A stretch of 53,007 bases of DNA from a virus (IMGVR_UViG_3300020045_012277:1-53007); one strand, 5' to 3'. Positions 17,254 through 25,757 are shown, numbered from the stretch's first letter. Notes: generated by a model not told the origin, from the letters alone. Numbers and translations: made by a program.

Positions 17254-17814
17254 ATGAAACATATATTTTTATTAGCTTACTTTTTATTCCCCTGTTTCAC
17301 AAAAGGGCAGGACAGTACCATTCAGCGAAGCAAGTTTGAAGAGTTTACAAGTAGAACAGGTGTTTTAATAAAAACAGAAACTTTTGAAGCAGGGAATCAA
17401 AAAGATTATAAGGTAAGTGTTACTAAAGCAACTGATATTGAAAGCAATCTTTCATCAAAGGCAATTTATATTTATCAAAGTAAGAACATGATTTTTGTAG
17501 GCCCTTACAAGGTCAGTGTTCTTTACATAGATTGGGAAGAAGTTCCGGCTTTTATAAAAGCTTTAAAACTACAGCAATCACTACTTGACACTAAACCTCA
17601 AAACGAGATTGATTATACATATACAACTGTTAACGGTGTTGTAGCTACATGCTCTTACACAGTTGACGGGGTATCTAAGGGATGGGTTATAACCTTTCAT
17701 AAAATATACAAACATCTTGGAACTATGGTCGCAAATAGCTTGGTTATGGTAAAAAAGAAAGATTTTGAAGATATAATAAGCCTTCTTGATGTTGCAATTA
17801 AAAAAGATTATTGA
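17254..17814 (+). CDS. Exported protein (signal peptide), lysogen-expressed
   Basis: MKHIFLLAYFLFPCFTKG-Q signal peptide; 11 nt after cI. Confidence 0.75.
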   Translation: MKHIFLLAYFLFPCFTKGQDSTIQRSKFEEFTSRTGVLIKTETFEAGNQKDYKVSVTKATDIESNLSSKAIYIYQSKNMIFVGPYKVSVLYIDWEEVPAFIKALKLQQSLLDTKPQNEIDYTYTTVNGVVATCSYTVDGVSKGWVITFHKIYKHLGTMVANSLVMVKKKDFEDIISLLDVAIKKDY

Positions 17815-17835
17815 TAGCAAATAAAACAGTTAGCT

Positions 17836-18417
17836 ATGAAACATATATTTCTAATCGGACTGTTATCCTTATCGCTGATTTCGTACTCTCAAAAAGGGAG
17901 TTATTTAAAATTTGCACCCGGTATCTTGTTGGTAAAAGACGGAGATCCTACTTTCAACGGATTTTTTACAGCCGGGAAATCATTTGCAAATTATTTTAAA
18001 GCTGGATTGTCGGCAGGGTATTATAAATTCAGTGGTGCTGATAAGGCTGTGATACCTGTAGGATTAGATTTTGCTTATCTGAATGTAAACTCAAAGAAGA
18101 TCAGCCCTTACTTTACCGCCGGTGCTTATTACCCGATTTATAGCAGCAGAAATACATTTTCTTCTCCCGGTGTTTATGTTACCAGCGAATCAAAAGGAAT
18201 TTATCAGTTCAAAATAGGTGCAGGGATTGCATTACCTATTGAACAGTTGCATCAAATCATATTATCCGGTGCTTACATGCCTGCAAAATTTAATATAACA
18301 ACAGCTACTTCTACTTACGGGGTAGGCCGTCCGGCTACTTATACTGTAAAAGAAATAAGCACCACAACTGACATGTTTTCTATAACGCTTGAATTTATAC
18401 TTTTCGATGGCAAATAA
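17836..18417 (+). CDS. Putative small outer-membrane beta-barrel protein
   Basis: Signal peptide ..SYS-Q; alternating beta strands (SPYFTAGAYY, FKIGAGIAL, FSITLEFILF). Confidence 0.7.
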   Translation: MKHIFLIGLLSLSLISYSQKGSYLKFAPGILLVKDGDPTFNGFFTAGKSFANYFKAGLSAGYYKFSGADKAVIPVGLDFAYLNVNSKKISPYFTAGAYYPIYSSRNTFSSPGVYVTSESKGIYQFKIGAGIALPIEQLHQIILSGAYMPAKFNITTATSTYGVGRPATYTVKEISTTTDMFSITLEFILFDGK

Positions 18418-18426
18418 AATTAGCTT

Positions 18427-18687
18427 ATGAAGATCTATTACTCAAATGAACCAACTGGAGATGATAACGCAGATAAAATACTTAATCTGGTTTTAGAAAA
18501 ATGTAAGTATCAAATCATGTGGCATCTCAGGCATTTGGAAGATGAAATAAATAATGAAAAAGAAGGGATAATTACACTTGTAATATCAGACAATAAAAAG
18601 GGAGTAGGGTTAAAGGGCTTTTCTAAAGAACTTGCTGAAAAAATTCTTGACATAGTCAATAAAATTGATCTCAGATTTCTTTCTTGA
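18427..18687 (+). CDS. Hypothetical protein
   Basis: 86 aa ORF in the cI operon. Confidence 0.65.
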   Translation: MKIYYSNEPTGDDNADKILNLVLEKCKYQIMWHLRHLEDEINNEKEGIITLVISDNKKGVGLKGFSKELAEKILDIVNKIDLRFLS

Positions 18688-18788
18688 AAACCTTTTAATT
18701 ACTGCATTTCGTACTTTTTTAAGTTCGGGTAATTCAAGAAAGTGATCAAATTCATCATTGTCCATAAACACAAAGTTATAAAAAAATA

Positions 18789-19100
18789 ATGTCGGTCAAA
18801 ATACCAATATGGAACCAGCGAATGATCCTGTTAATGAAGCACTGTAAAGAATCAGGGTTAGTTCATACACAAAAAGAGTTTTTTGAATCGATAGATTTTG
18901 CAGAAACGAATTTAAAAGATGTTCGTAAAGGGATCCGGAGCTTTACCCTGGTTCAGGTTATTACCGCTGCTAAGAAGTATAATATAAATATGAATTGGAT
19001 TGCCGGTTTGGATAATGAAATGAAGCGCCGCAAATCGGTGAAAAGCCTGGATCTATTGAAAGAAGCTGTAAAAGCAGTACAAGCAGAATACGGAAAATAG
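18789..19100 (+). CDS. XRE-like helix-turn-helix protein
   Basis: TQKEFFESIDFAETNLKDVRKG..KYNINMNWIAG. Confidence 0.7.
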   Translation: MSVKIPIWNQRMILLMKHCKESGLVHTQKEFFESIDFAETNLKDVRKGIRSFTLVQVITAAKKYNINMNWIAGLDNEMKRRKSVKSLDLLKEAVKAVQAEYGK

Positions 19101-19106
19101 GAGTAG

Positions 19107-19340
19107 TTTACTTTAACAGGAAAATTAATTTAGCTGATTGTCATTGTAGTTGTGAAAGAAATGAGCGACCCGTCCGGTCCGCACACATACACTCTCACAA
19201 TTACTTGATGGTCAACTAACACGTTGGCCATCCTCCTTTTAAGGGAGACACTCCACCCGATTTTAAAACACAGGAAGGCACACAAAGACACAGGAAACAC
19301 CCCTGTTTACTTTAACATGCCAAGAACATTTACTTTAACA
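19107..19340 (+). other. attP region (core, arm-type repeats, phased accessory sites)
   Basis: CCCGTCCGGTCCGCA at 19169-19183; TTTACTTTAACA at 19107, 19306, 19329; ACACAGGAA at 19268, 19288; directly upstream of integrase. Confidence 0.7.
19207..19240 (+). terminator. Hairpin after att core (possible replacement tRNA terminator)
   Basis: GATGGTCAAC-N6-GTTGGCCATC then CTCCTTTT. Confidence 0.5.
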
Positions 19341-19355
19341 TTTTAAAACTTAAAC

Positions 19356-20561
19356 ATGGAGAACATCAACACATTCCCGATGATTTACAAACACCGGATC
19401 AACTCAGCCGGCATGGTTCCAATTGTCATTTGCATTACGATCAACAACAAACCCGTGGCCTATGAGCCACTGCACAAAAGAGTATTGCTATCCGATTGGG
19501 ATCCTGAAAAAAGAAAAGTAAAAGACGACCTGCTCAATTCGCTTATCAAAAAAAGAATTGCGGAGTTGGAAGAGATCTTTATAAAAAAGATGCTGGCTGA
19601 TGAAAGCATCACCGGACCAATGGTAAAAAAAATACTGGCCGGCGAACATCAGCCGAAAAACTTCTTTGAGTATGCTGAATACATCATCAATAATAAAACT
19701 CTTGCGGATGGATTACCGTACAATGATGACACCAGGCGCCGGTATCGTGATGAAATTAAAAGACTGAAGCAATTCCAGCCACATCTCTTTCTTTCCGATA
19801 TAACTACACCGTTCCTTAATCAGTACCGCAAATGGCTGCTAAATGATTACAGGAAGAAAGATAAAACCAAACTTCACAAGAACAGCATCTGGAAAACATT
19901 CGGATTCATCCGCATGATCTGGCGCTGTGCCGACAAAGACCGATTGGTGAAGCATGAAAACAATCCTTTTCAAAACTTTGAAGTGGGATCCTTTGAAACT
20001 GACCTGCAGAAAATAAAGTACCTTGAACTGAGCCAGCTCGAGATAATAGAACAAACACTCATCACTAAAGAATCACTGATGGATCCTTTTACGATTAGAG
20101 TAGGGTGGCGTTTCCTGGCCATGTGCGTGTTTGGCTTACGAATAAGCGATGCCATGAGATTGGATGAAGGATTTATAAACGATGCCGGTTATCTTGATTT
20201 CACTCCATTCAAAACACGCCGGCACGGTAACACTGCACAAGTGCCCATTGTAAACGACCGGCAAAAAAGATACCTGAGTAAAACATTTGAACTTCCCTTG
20301 CCCGCAAAGAATCATAAATCATTCAGAACGGACTTTAATGATCACCTGAAAATAATCACTGCCATGTCGGGAATCTCTATTCATCTTACATCACATGTGG
20401 GTCGTCATACTATGGGATCTTTCCTGGTTGATGGTGATGTAACGGAAAAATCAGCAATGGTGATGCTGGGAGTAAAAAGCGATCGGGTAATAAAAACGTA
20501 TATGCATTTGAAACAAAGTAAGCTTATTTCGGAGGCAAATAAACTCAACAATGTAATGTGA
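19356..20561 (+). CDS. int: Tyrosine integrase with N-terminal arm-binding and SAM-like domains
   Basis: FGLRISD (R), FKT (K), SHVGRHT (HxxR), TYMH (Y); Bacteroidota-type N-terminus. Confidence 0.93.
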   Translation: MENINTFPMIYKHRINSAGMVPIVICITINNKPVAYEPLHKRVLLSDWDPEKRKVKDDLLNSLIKKRIAELEEIFIKKMLADESITGPMVKKILAGEHQPKNFFEYAEYIINNKTLADGLPYNDDTRRRYRDEIKRLKQFQPHLFLSDITTPFLNQYRKWLLNDYRKKDKTKLHKNSIWKTFGFIRMIWRCADKDRLVKHENNPFQNFEVGSFETDLQKIKYLELSQLEIIEQTLITKESLMDPFTIRVGWRFLAMCVFGLRISDAMRLDEGFINDAGYLDFTPFKTRRHGNTAQVPIVNDRQKRYLSKTFELPLPAKNHKSFRTDFNDHLKIITAMSGISIHLTSHVGRHTMGSFLVDGDVTEKSAMVMLGVKSDRVIKTYMHLKQSKLISEANKLNNVM

Positions 20562-20588
20562 TTTTTATGACAACTTAATTTGATTTTT

Positions 20589-20705
20589 ATGTATGACCCG
20601 TCAAAAAGAAGTGATACCGGCTGCCTGTTTGCCTTATTTCAAGGACTGTGGCTGCTGATCAGTGAGCCAGTGAAATGGGTGTATAAAAAGCTAAAAAAGC
20701 ATTAA
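20589..20705 (+). CDS. Hypothetical 38 aa peptide
   Basis: MYDPSKRSDTGCLFALFQGLWLLISEPVKWVYKKLKKH. Confidence 0.45.
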   Translation: MYDPSKRSDTGCLFALFQGLWLLISEPVKWVYKKLKKH

Positions 20706-20954
20706 ATGGTGCATTTTTTGTAAATTAAATGCAATTTTTTAAAAAAACTTTTGAAAGTATAATTGATAGATTAATTCCAACTACTATATTTACATTGACT
20801 AACGGATAAACCAAGCTTATGATAGCGCATTACCCACCTAATCACCTCAAAGGTATTACACCTATCATAATTATTTATTCCGGTAAAGAAACAACGGAGC
20901 ATCAGAAATAAATTAGATGCTGGTTCGTTATTTGTATAGTTCTTAATATAGTGC

Positions 20955-20994
20955 AAAAGAAAAGACCCCCGCAGCTGAGAACTTTGGAGGTCTT
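20955..20994 (-). terminator. Intrinsic terminator
   Basis: Minus: AAGACCTCC-N15-GGGGGTCTT then TTCTTTT. Confidence 0.6.
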
Positions 20995-21186
20995 GGCCTG
21001 ATTTAACTGTCAGGCGACAGCTTGAAAAACCGTGTCCTTATTTTGTGCAACCTGGACATGGAAACTTGAAAACGCCGGTTGGGTGGTAAATCACCTTTCC
21101 CTTTACAGTTATGTAAGGAGTGAAGATGAAACCATCACAACAACGACCTTTACAGGTTTTTTTGTATGGATCTGACATCAAAAAAA

Positions 21187-21259
21187 TGCTCCCGTCGGGA
21201 TTCGGACCCGAATTTCACATCTTAGCAGGAAGGCGTTCTATCCGTTGAACTACAGGAGC
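21187..21259 (-). tRNA. Atypical tRNA, anticodon GCT (Ser) on a short-variable-arm, Arg-like body; possibly degenerate
   Basis: GCTCCTG TA GTTC AACGGATA GAAC G CCTTC CT GCT AA GATGT GAAAT TCGGG TCCGAAT CCCGA CGGGAGC A; acceptor, D and T stems pair, anticodon stem 3 of 5. Confidence 0.8.
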
Positions 21260-21269
21260 GAAACAAGCT

Positions 21270-21301
21270 AAAGCCTTGACACGAAAATGTCAGGGCTTTT
21301 T
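21270..21301 (+). terminator. Hairpin with T-tract
   Basis: AAAGCCTTGACA-N6-TGTCAGGGCTTT TT. Confidence 0.55.
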
Positions 21302-21498
21302 AATATAACATAATTCAAATTATAAGAAAACATGGGTTTAATTTATTGATAATAAAGAATTTAGCCACGCTGCTCGTGGGAACTCCGATCCCTTACTTTC
21401 TTGTTTTGATTTGCGTACCTTAATGGAAACTAACTGTTTTATGAATAATTCAAAAATCCTTTATGTAGATAAAGGATTTTTTAGCCTTTACTAATAAA

Positions 21499-21834
21499 AT
21501 GGACAAGATAAAATACAACTGTGATTTAATAAATGAGAACCTTTTATCGAAGTCTGCTGATTTAATTTTGATACACGAAGACATTACAAGTTCATTTGTC
21601 GCTGGTAGATATGTCTGCTTTCTATCCCTCTCAATAAGTGCAGGTAAGTTTGATTTAATGTTTTTCGATTTCAAAAACAGCGATAAAAGTTTTCAGAATT
21701 TCTTGCATTATTATAAAGACGTAGTTAGTAATTATGCTGAAAAACTTAAATATTCTTTTGATTACCTGAAGTCTGAATATGATAAAAACTATAATGAGTT
21801 TTTGCTAAAAATTGGAGACCATCCGCCCTTTTGA
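21499..21834 (+). CDS. Hypothetical AT-rich moron protein
   Basis: 111 aa ORF. Confidence 0.55.
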   Translation: MDKIKYNCDLINENLLSKSADLILIHEDITSSFVAGRYVCFLSLSISAGKFDLMFFDFKNSDKSFQNFLHYYKDVVSNYAEKLKYSFDYLKSEYDKNYNEFLLKIGDHPPF

Positions 21835-21974
21835 ACTGCTGCAATAAATCTTCTTAATTTTTTATATGCAGCTTTGCTATTAGTTGTGTAAAAAGAAATA
21901 CCATCAGCATCATATACTTTTGAAATTGAATTCTTCTTTTGCTGATTATGGTTTGAAGTTTGTTTATTCGCCAT
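21789..21974 (-). CDS. Hypothetical protein
   Basis: MANKQTSNH.. 61 aa; convergent overlap with 21499-21834. Confidence 0.5.
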   Translation of the reverse strand: MANKQTSNHNQQKKNSISKVYDADGISFYTTNSKAAYKKLRRFIAAVQKGGWSPIFSKNSL

Positions 21975-22017
21975 GATGAAAAATTTAATGAACAATCCGT
22001 ATTACAAGAGATTGCTT

Positions 22018-22191
22018 TTAGGTGAATCTCCTGCTAAGCCTTTGGAATAATTCAGATGCAATTAATGCTCTTATTGTAGTTCCATTTAATTCGATAACAG
22101 TTTCATTCGGCTTCGCCTCATACTCACTGCGTTCGTTCCTAAGAAATTCTTTATTAAGAGTGTCCCCAAATAAGGATTTTTTCCGCTTCAT
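22018..22191 (-). CDS. Hypothetical 57 aa protein with hairpin-enclosed start
   Basis: MKRKKSLFGDTLNKEFLRNERSEYEAKPNETVIELNGTTIRALIASELFQRLSRRFT. Confidence 0.5.
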   Translation of the reverse strand: MKRKKSLFGDTLNKEFLRNERSEYEAKPNETVIELNGTTIRALIASELFQRLSRRFT

Positions 22192-22229
22192 TATTATTGA
22201 TGACAGCGCAGAAAAAATCCTTATTTGGG
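22165..22229. repeat. Perfect 19 bp inverted repeat, 27 bp spacer
   Basis: CCCAAATAAGGATTTTTTC (22165-22183) and GAAAAAATCCTTATTTGGG (22211-22229). Confidence 0.9.
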
Positions 22230-22622
22230 CACATGGTATGTCTTCTTATAATTGTCGTTATGTATAAATAGGCGCACACAGCATCCCTTCACGTTGTCGT
22301 TATAAAAAACTTACGACAACGGCTAACCTAAATAACATAACGCATGACTATAAGTAAAGGGAAAACTTGTTTATAATTTTAACTGTACCAGTGAAGAAAT
22401 TTTTTCCAGAGGGTACTATTTTTGCATCAGATTAAATCAAAGAACTATTAACGATCCCCAAGAGCCGACAAACTTCTGGGGATTGTTCTTTTACAAAGGT
22501 AGAACCAATGCATACTTTTTTTCTGCAGTTTCATTCATATTATATCCACAATTGGTAGAAAGTTTTTTTTAAAGTAAAAATTCTTAGCAGCAAAAGAAAT
22601 CGTTATTTTCGCACTCGCAAAT

Positions 22623-22652
22623 AAAAAAGCCGCCTTACATTGGGCGGTTTTT
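22623..22652. terminator. Bidirectional intrinsic terminator
   Basis: AAAAAAGCCGCC-TTACATT-GGGCGGTTTTTT. Confidence 0.75.
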
Positions 22653-22945
22653 TATTGTCCTTTTTTTAATTCATTATGGGATCGGTTCTTTTTTGCTGCA
22701 AATGACTCCTGCAGCACCCGCATGAAATCTTCCGGCAATCCCGGCTGGCCTTGCTGCAGATCCTCTGTCAATATTTTTGTAGTTCTGTTATAAATCAAAT
22801 GAAGGATCCTTTTCTTTGTCCAGACAAACCAGGTTTCTTCTCCGATATCATATCCGATCATTTTTGCAATATAGCTGTACTCAAATCCTTTGTATTCGAT
22901 AATGAGCCTGTATTCGTTGGTGATGGGATTGATTACTTTAATCAT
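22652..22945 (-). CDS. Hypothetical protein
   Basis: 97 aa ORF followed by terminator. Confidence 0.65.
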   Translation of the reverse strand: MIKVINPITNEYRLIIEYKGFEYSYIAKMIGYDIGEETWFVWTKKRILHLIYNRTTKILTEDLQQGQPGLPEDFMRVLQESFAAKKNRSHNELKKGQ

Positions 22946-23268
22946 GAATAAAAACAGTTGGTATTTAATTATTACCCCGGTGCACTTTCAACACAACTTG
23001 CAAGGTGATGAGCCTGCTGCTTTTCCTTTTTATTAAGCTACGGGGAAATATACCAACTGTTTTCTCCTGTGAAAGGCATCAGTTTTTTTTTAATGTTAAA
23101 GATTTACATTTTCAATTTGAAATTATTAGATGATAAAGATACGAAAAAGCCATCCCGAATAATCGGGACGGCTACCATTAAATTAATAAAACACAAAACA
23201 AAAAAAAACGGGCCCGTATGGAAATACAGGCCGTTACCAAAATCAACTGCTTATGAGAAAAAGGTTAT

Positions 23269-23907
23269 TCATAAAACATACTTTTTACAAAGCTGATAAT
23301 ACCGGTCACGATCCTGCATCCCGGTAAATCCTCCATTTATCTTTCTCACGATCTCTTTCATGTTATCTGCCAGTGCCTCGTCGATCAGTTTTTTACTGAT
23401 CGCAAAGATCCAGCAGGCAGAATGAATAGCATACTCATCATTGGTTCGTAAAAGATCCGCCCACTCTGCCAATGTTTTCTGTAGATTGAATTTTGAACGC
23501 ATATACGCTGCAAAGGCCGTGAAATTATACCGGCCCGTCATTTGTATTGGCCCCGAACCACGAAACATAAAGCCATCACCAGGCTGCACATTGCCAAGAT
23601 CTTTACGGCCGCCATATACTTTTTCAGCCAGCTTTGCCGGGTTCTTTTCATAAGGCAATGCAGCATCAAGTGTTGGGAAACGAGTCTTCCACACCTCGGT
23701 CATTCGTTTAGCCGTATAGTTCAGGTTTTCTTCGTACTTGGTAAATTCTCTGCATTCATGTGCCAGGTTTGCCAGAAACTCATGAAAGATATCCGGTGTG
23801 TCTATTCCGTATTGAGGACAGATTTTATCCAGATAGTCAGCCAGCTTATCAGCCCTCTCAGTATTCAGCTTTGGGCAGATCAGTTTTAAGATGGTGCCTG
23901 TTATCAT
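23269..23907 (-). CDS. Endolysin, glycoside hydrolase family 19
   Basis: FLANLAHEC, EENLNY, GDGFMFRGSGPIQMTGRYNF, RKINGGFTG..DR. Confidence 0.92.
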   Translation of the reverse strand: MITGTILKLICPKLNTERADKLADYLDKICPQYGIDTPDIFHEFLANLAHECREFTKYEENLNYTAKRMTEVWKTRFPTLDAALPYEKNPAKLAEKVYGGRKDLGNVQPGDGFMFRGSGPIQMTGRYNFTAFAAYMRSKFNLQKTLAEWADLLRTNDEYAIHSACWIFAISKKLIDEALADNMKEIVRKINGGFTGMQDRDRYYQLCKKYVL

Positions 23908-24030
23908 TTGCCTTTTTTAAGTATTGTGAAAAATGTATTTTCTCATCAATCATCCTGGCAAGCCTTTTCTTCTCGGCATCAGCTATTAGCTGCCGTTGCA
24001 CGATATACGCCGGGATCTTCGGACCATCCT

Positions 24031-24273
24031 TTACCATCCCTTGTCCGTTCTGCTTTTCACAAACCGGGATACCGCTTTACGGGAGTGCCCCACTCGCTTC
24101 ACACCCTCAACCACTTCACCCCTTGTCGTACCCATTGCCTTCGCAGCCGACCTTACCTCATGCGGTTGCTTTGCAGCGATCAGCTTCCTGTCTCTTGACA
24201 ATGATTTTTTCTTAGCAGGCTTACCGGTAGATTTTTTATCCACCGCCTTCTTCACGGTTTTTTTCTTTATCAT
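24031..24273 (-). CDS. DUF3606-like protein with Lys-rich N-terminal tail
   Basis: RDRKLIAAKQPHEVRSAAKAMGTTRGEVVEGVKRVGHSRKAV. Confidence 0.6.
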   Translation of the reverse strand: MIKKKTVKKAVDKKSTGKPAKKKSLSRDRKLIAAKQPHEVRSAAKAMGTTRGEVVEGVKRVGHSRKAVSRFVKSRTDKGW

Positions 24274-24314
24274 ATAAAAAATTATTAATTACAAATTATA
24301 ACTCACCACCCCTT

Positions 24315-24977
24315 TTAGTCTGTATTTTCATGTTCATATTTTTTACTCATCCAGCAAAGCCACCTGTACAGAAGAAACGCCCCCACCAACATTCCCGCGG
24401 CAAACCATGCAATAAATATCCACCAGGGAAATACACTCGTCTTCTTCTCACTCTCACTATGGGTTTTACCAGAGCTTTTTTTTAACTCCCTTATCGTCGA
24501 GTCCTGCTTATCCACTATCAGCCTCAGCTTTGTAGTGGAGTCAGCGCTTTCTTTCAATTGTTGCCGGAACCATACGATCTGCCCTTTGTAGGTAGTAGAT
24601 CCGTCAGCATGTGTCGTCACTTCGTTTGTAGGCACCACACCGGCCTTTATTAAATTCAGCCGGTCAATGATATTTTGCTTTTCCAGCTCACTGGCAAAAT
24701 TTGCATTTTTCAGGTCATTGATAATGGCCCGCAAACTATCATCATCACACTGCCGCACATTGCCAAATTGCACATTCGTTTCCAGCTCTTTTATCCTTTT
24801 CAGAAATACCTGGTACGTAGAGTCGGATATCCGCTTACTTACCAGCGCCTCTTTATAGGCCGAACTATCAAAAGAAGATTCACTTTCTGAATGTTTAAAA
24901 ACATTGCAGGATGAGCTTACTGCAGCATAGCAGATCACCATCAGGGTTATTAACAGGGCAGCATATATCTTATTCAT
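24315..24977 (-). CDS. Putative unimolecular spanin (lipoprotein plus C-terminal TM helix)
   Basis: MNKIYAALLITLMVICYAAVSSS-C lipoprotein signal; C-terminal FPWWIFIAWFAAGMLVGAFLLYRW; within lysis cassette. Confidence 0.65.
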   Translation of the reverse strand: MNKIYAALLITLMVICYAAVSSSCNVFKHSESESSFDSSAYKEALVSKRISDSTYQVFLKRIKELETNVQFGNVRQCDDDSLRAIINDLKNANFASELEKQNIIDRLNLIKAGVVPTNEVTTHADGSTTYKGQIVWFRQQLKESADSTTKLRLIVDKQDSTIRELKKSSGKTHSESEKKTSVFPWWIFIAWFAAGMLVGAFLLYRWLCWMSKKYEHENTD

Positions 24978-25093
24978 GTTAAAAATTTTATGCCAAGCCA
25001 AACGACAATGGCAAGTACAACAATAATTACGATCGCAACTTTTATAATCGTTTTACCGATTCCGGAAAATTGGCCACCGTCAAACATGATCAT
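24974..25093 (-). CDS. Small membrane protein (39 aa)
   Basis: ..KTIIKVAIVIIVVLAIVVWLGIKFLT; ATGA overlap. Confidence 0.55.
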   Translation of the reverse strand: MIMFDGGQFSGIGKTIIKVAIVIIVVLAIVVWLGIKFLT

Positions 25094-25273
25094 TTTTTTA
25101 TAAAGTGAGCATTCATACCTATCCATGCAGCATAGCAGATGGTGGCAAAAACCACAATAGGAAACAATACCACAATCACCAGTACAATTTTTTCAACCGG
25201 GTGCAATGCTTTCCATTCTTTCTTTATGGTTACCTTTTTCATTCCATAATAACTTTACTATTATCAGACTGCC

Positions 25274-25471
25274 CTACTGCTGCACATCCCCACCCGTCAC
25301 ATTGCTATCTTTCGCAAACACTAAACCAATACCAGTAAGCACAGCCGATATGGTTGTGATAATAGATTCTTCGGTATAGTTGCCGCTTTTAACAGCAAAT
25401 AATAACCGGGTAATACCTCCGGCAATTAATAATATACCGGTACTTGTCGTTTTCCAAGATTTAAGTTTCAT
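25274..25471 (-). CDS. Putative holin
   Basis: 65 aa, two TM segments, SWKTTSTG..GIGLVFAKD. Confidence 0.7.
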   Translation of the reverse strand: MKLKSWKTTSTGILLIAGGITRLLFAVKSGNYTEESIITTISAVLTGIGLVFAKDSNVTGGDVQQ

Positions 25472-25478
25472 AATTATA

Positions 25479-25733
25479 TTATTTTAAAAATTTGCCAATT
25501 ATAACAAGTGCAACCGCCCCAACAGCACTAAGGAATATCCATATCATTTTATCCCTACCCTTCGTCTTATTATCATCGTCTATCAATCCCGATAATCTTT
25601 TGCTGTGATTATCAACTCTGGTTTCGAGATTACCAACTCGCCCATTAGTTTTTGTAGTTTGGATGAGTATCTGCTCAATCTTATCATCCATTTTTTCCAG
25701 GCGATTTAATATTTGCTGTTCCATTGGTTCCAT
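25479..25733 (-). CDS. Lysis-cassette coiled-coil protein with C-terminal TM (XhlA-like)
   Basis: QTTKTNGRVGNLE coiled coil plus C-terminal hydrophobic helix. Confidence 0.65.
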   Translation of the reverse strand: MEPMEQQILNRLEKMDDKIEQILIQTTKTNGRVGNLETRVDNHSKRLSGLIDDDNKTKGRDKMIWIFLSAVGAVALVIIGKFLK

Positions 25734-25757
25734 AATTTTTAAACTTTATCCTATCTT

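Noticed and set aside
18610-18778. Antisense 51 aa ORF (ATG 18765) with TAACTTTG motif overlapping 18427-18687
   Set aside because: Possible, but short, AT-rich and without recognisable features; not enough support
8466-24015. Identical SCRCTIYAG peptide in two plus-strand shadow ORFs (near 8470 and 23990)
   Set aside because: Non-coding strand, differing codons, short match; treated as coincidence
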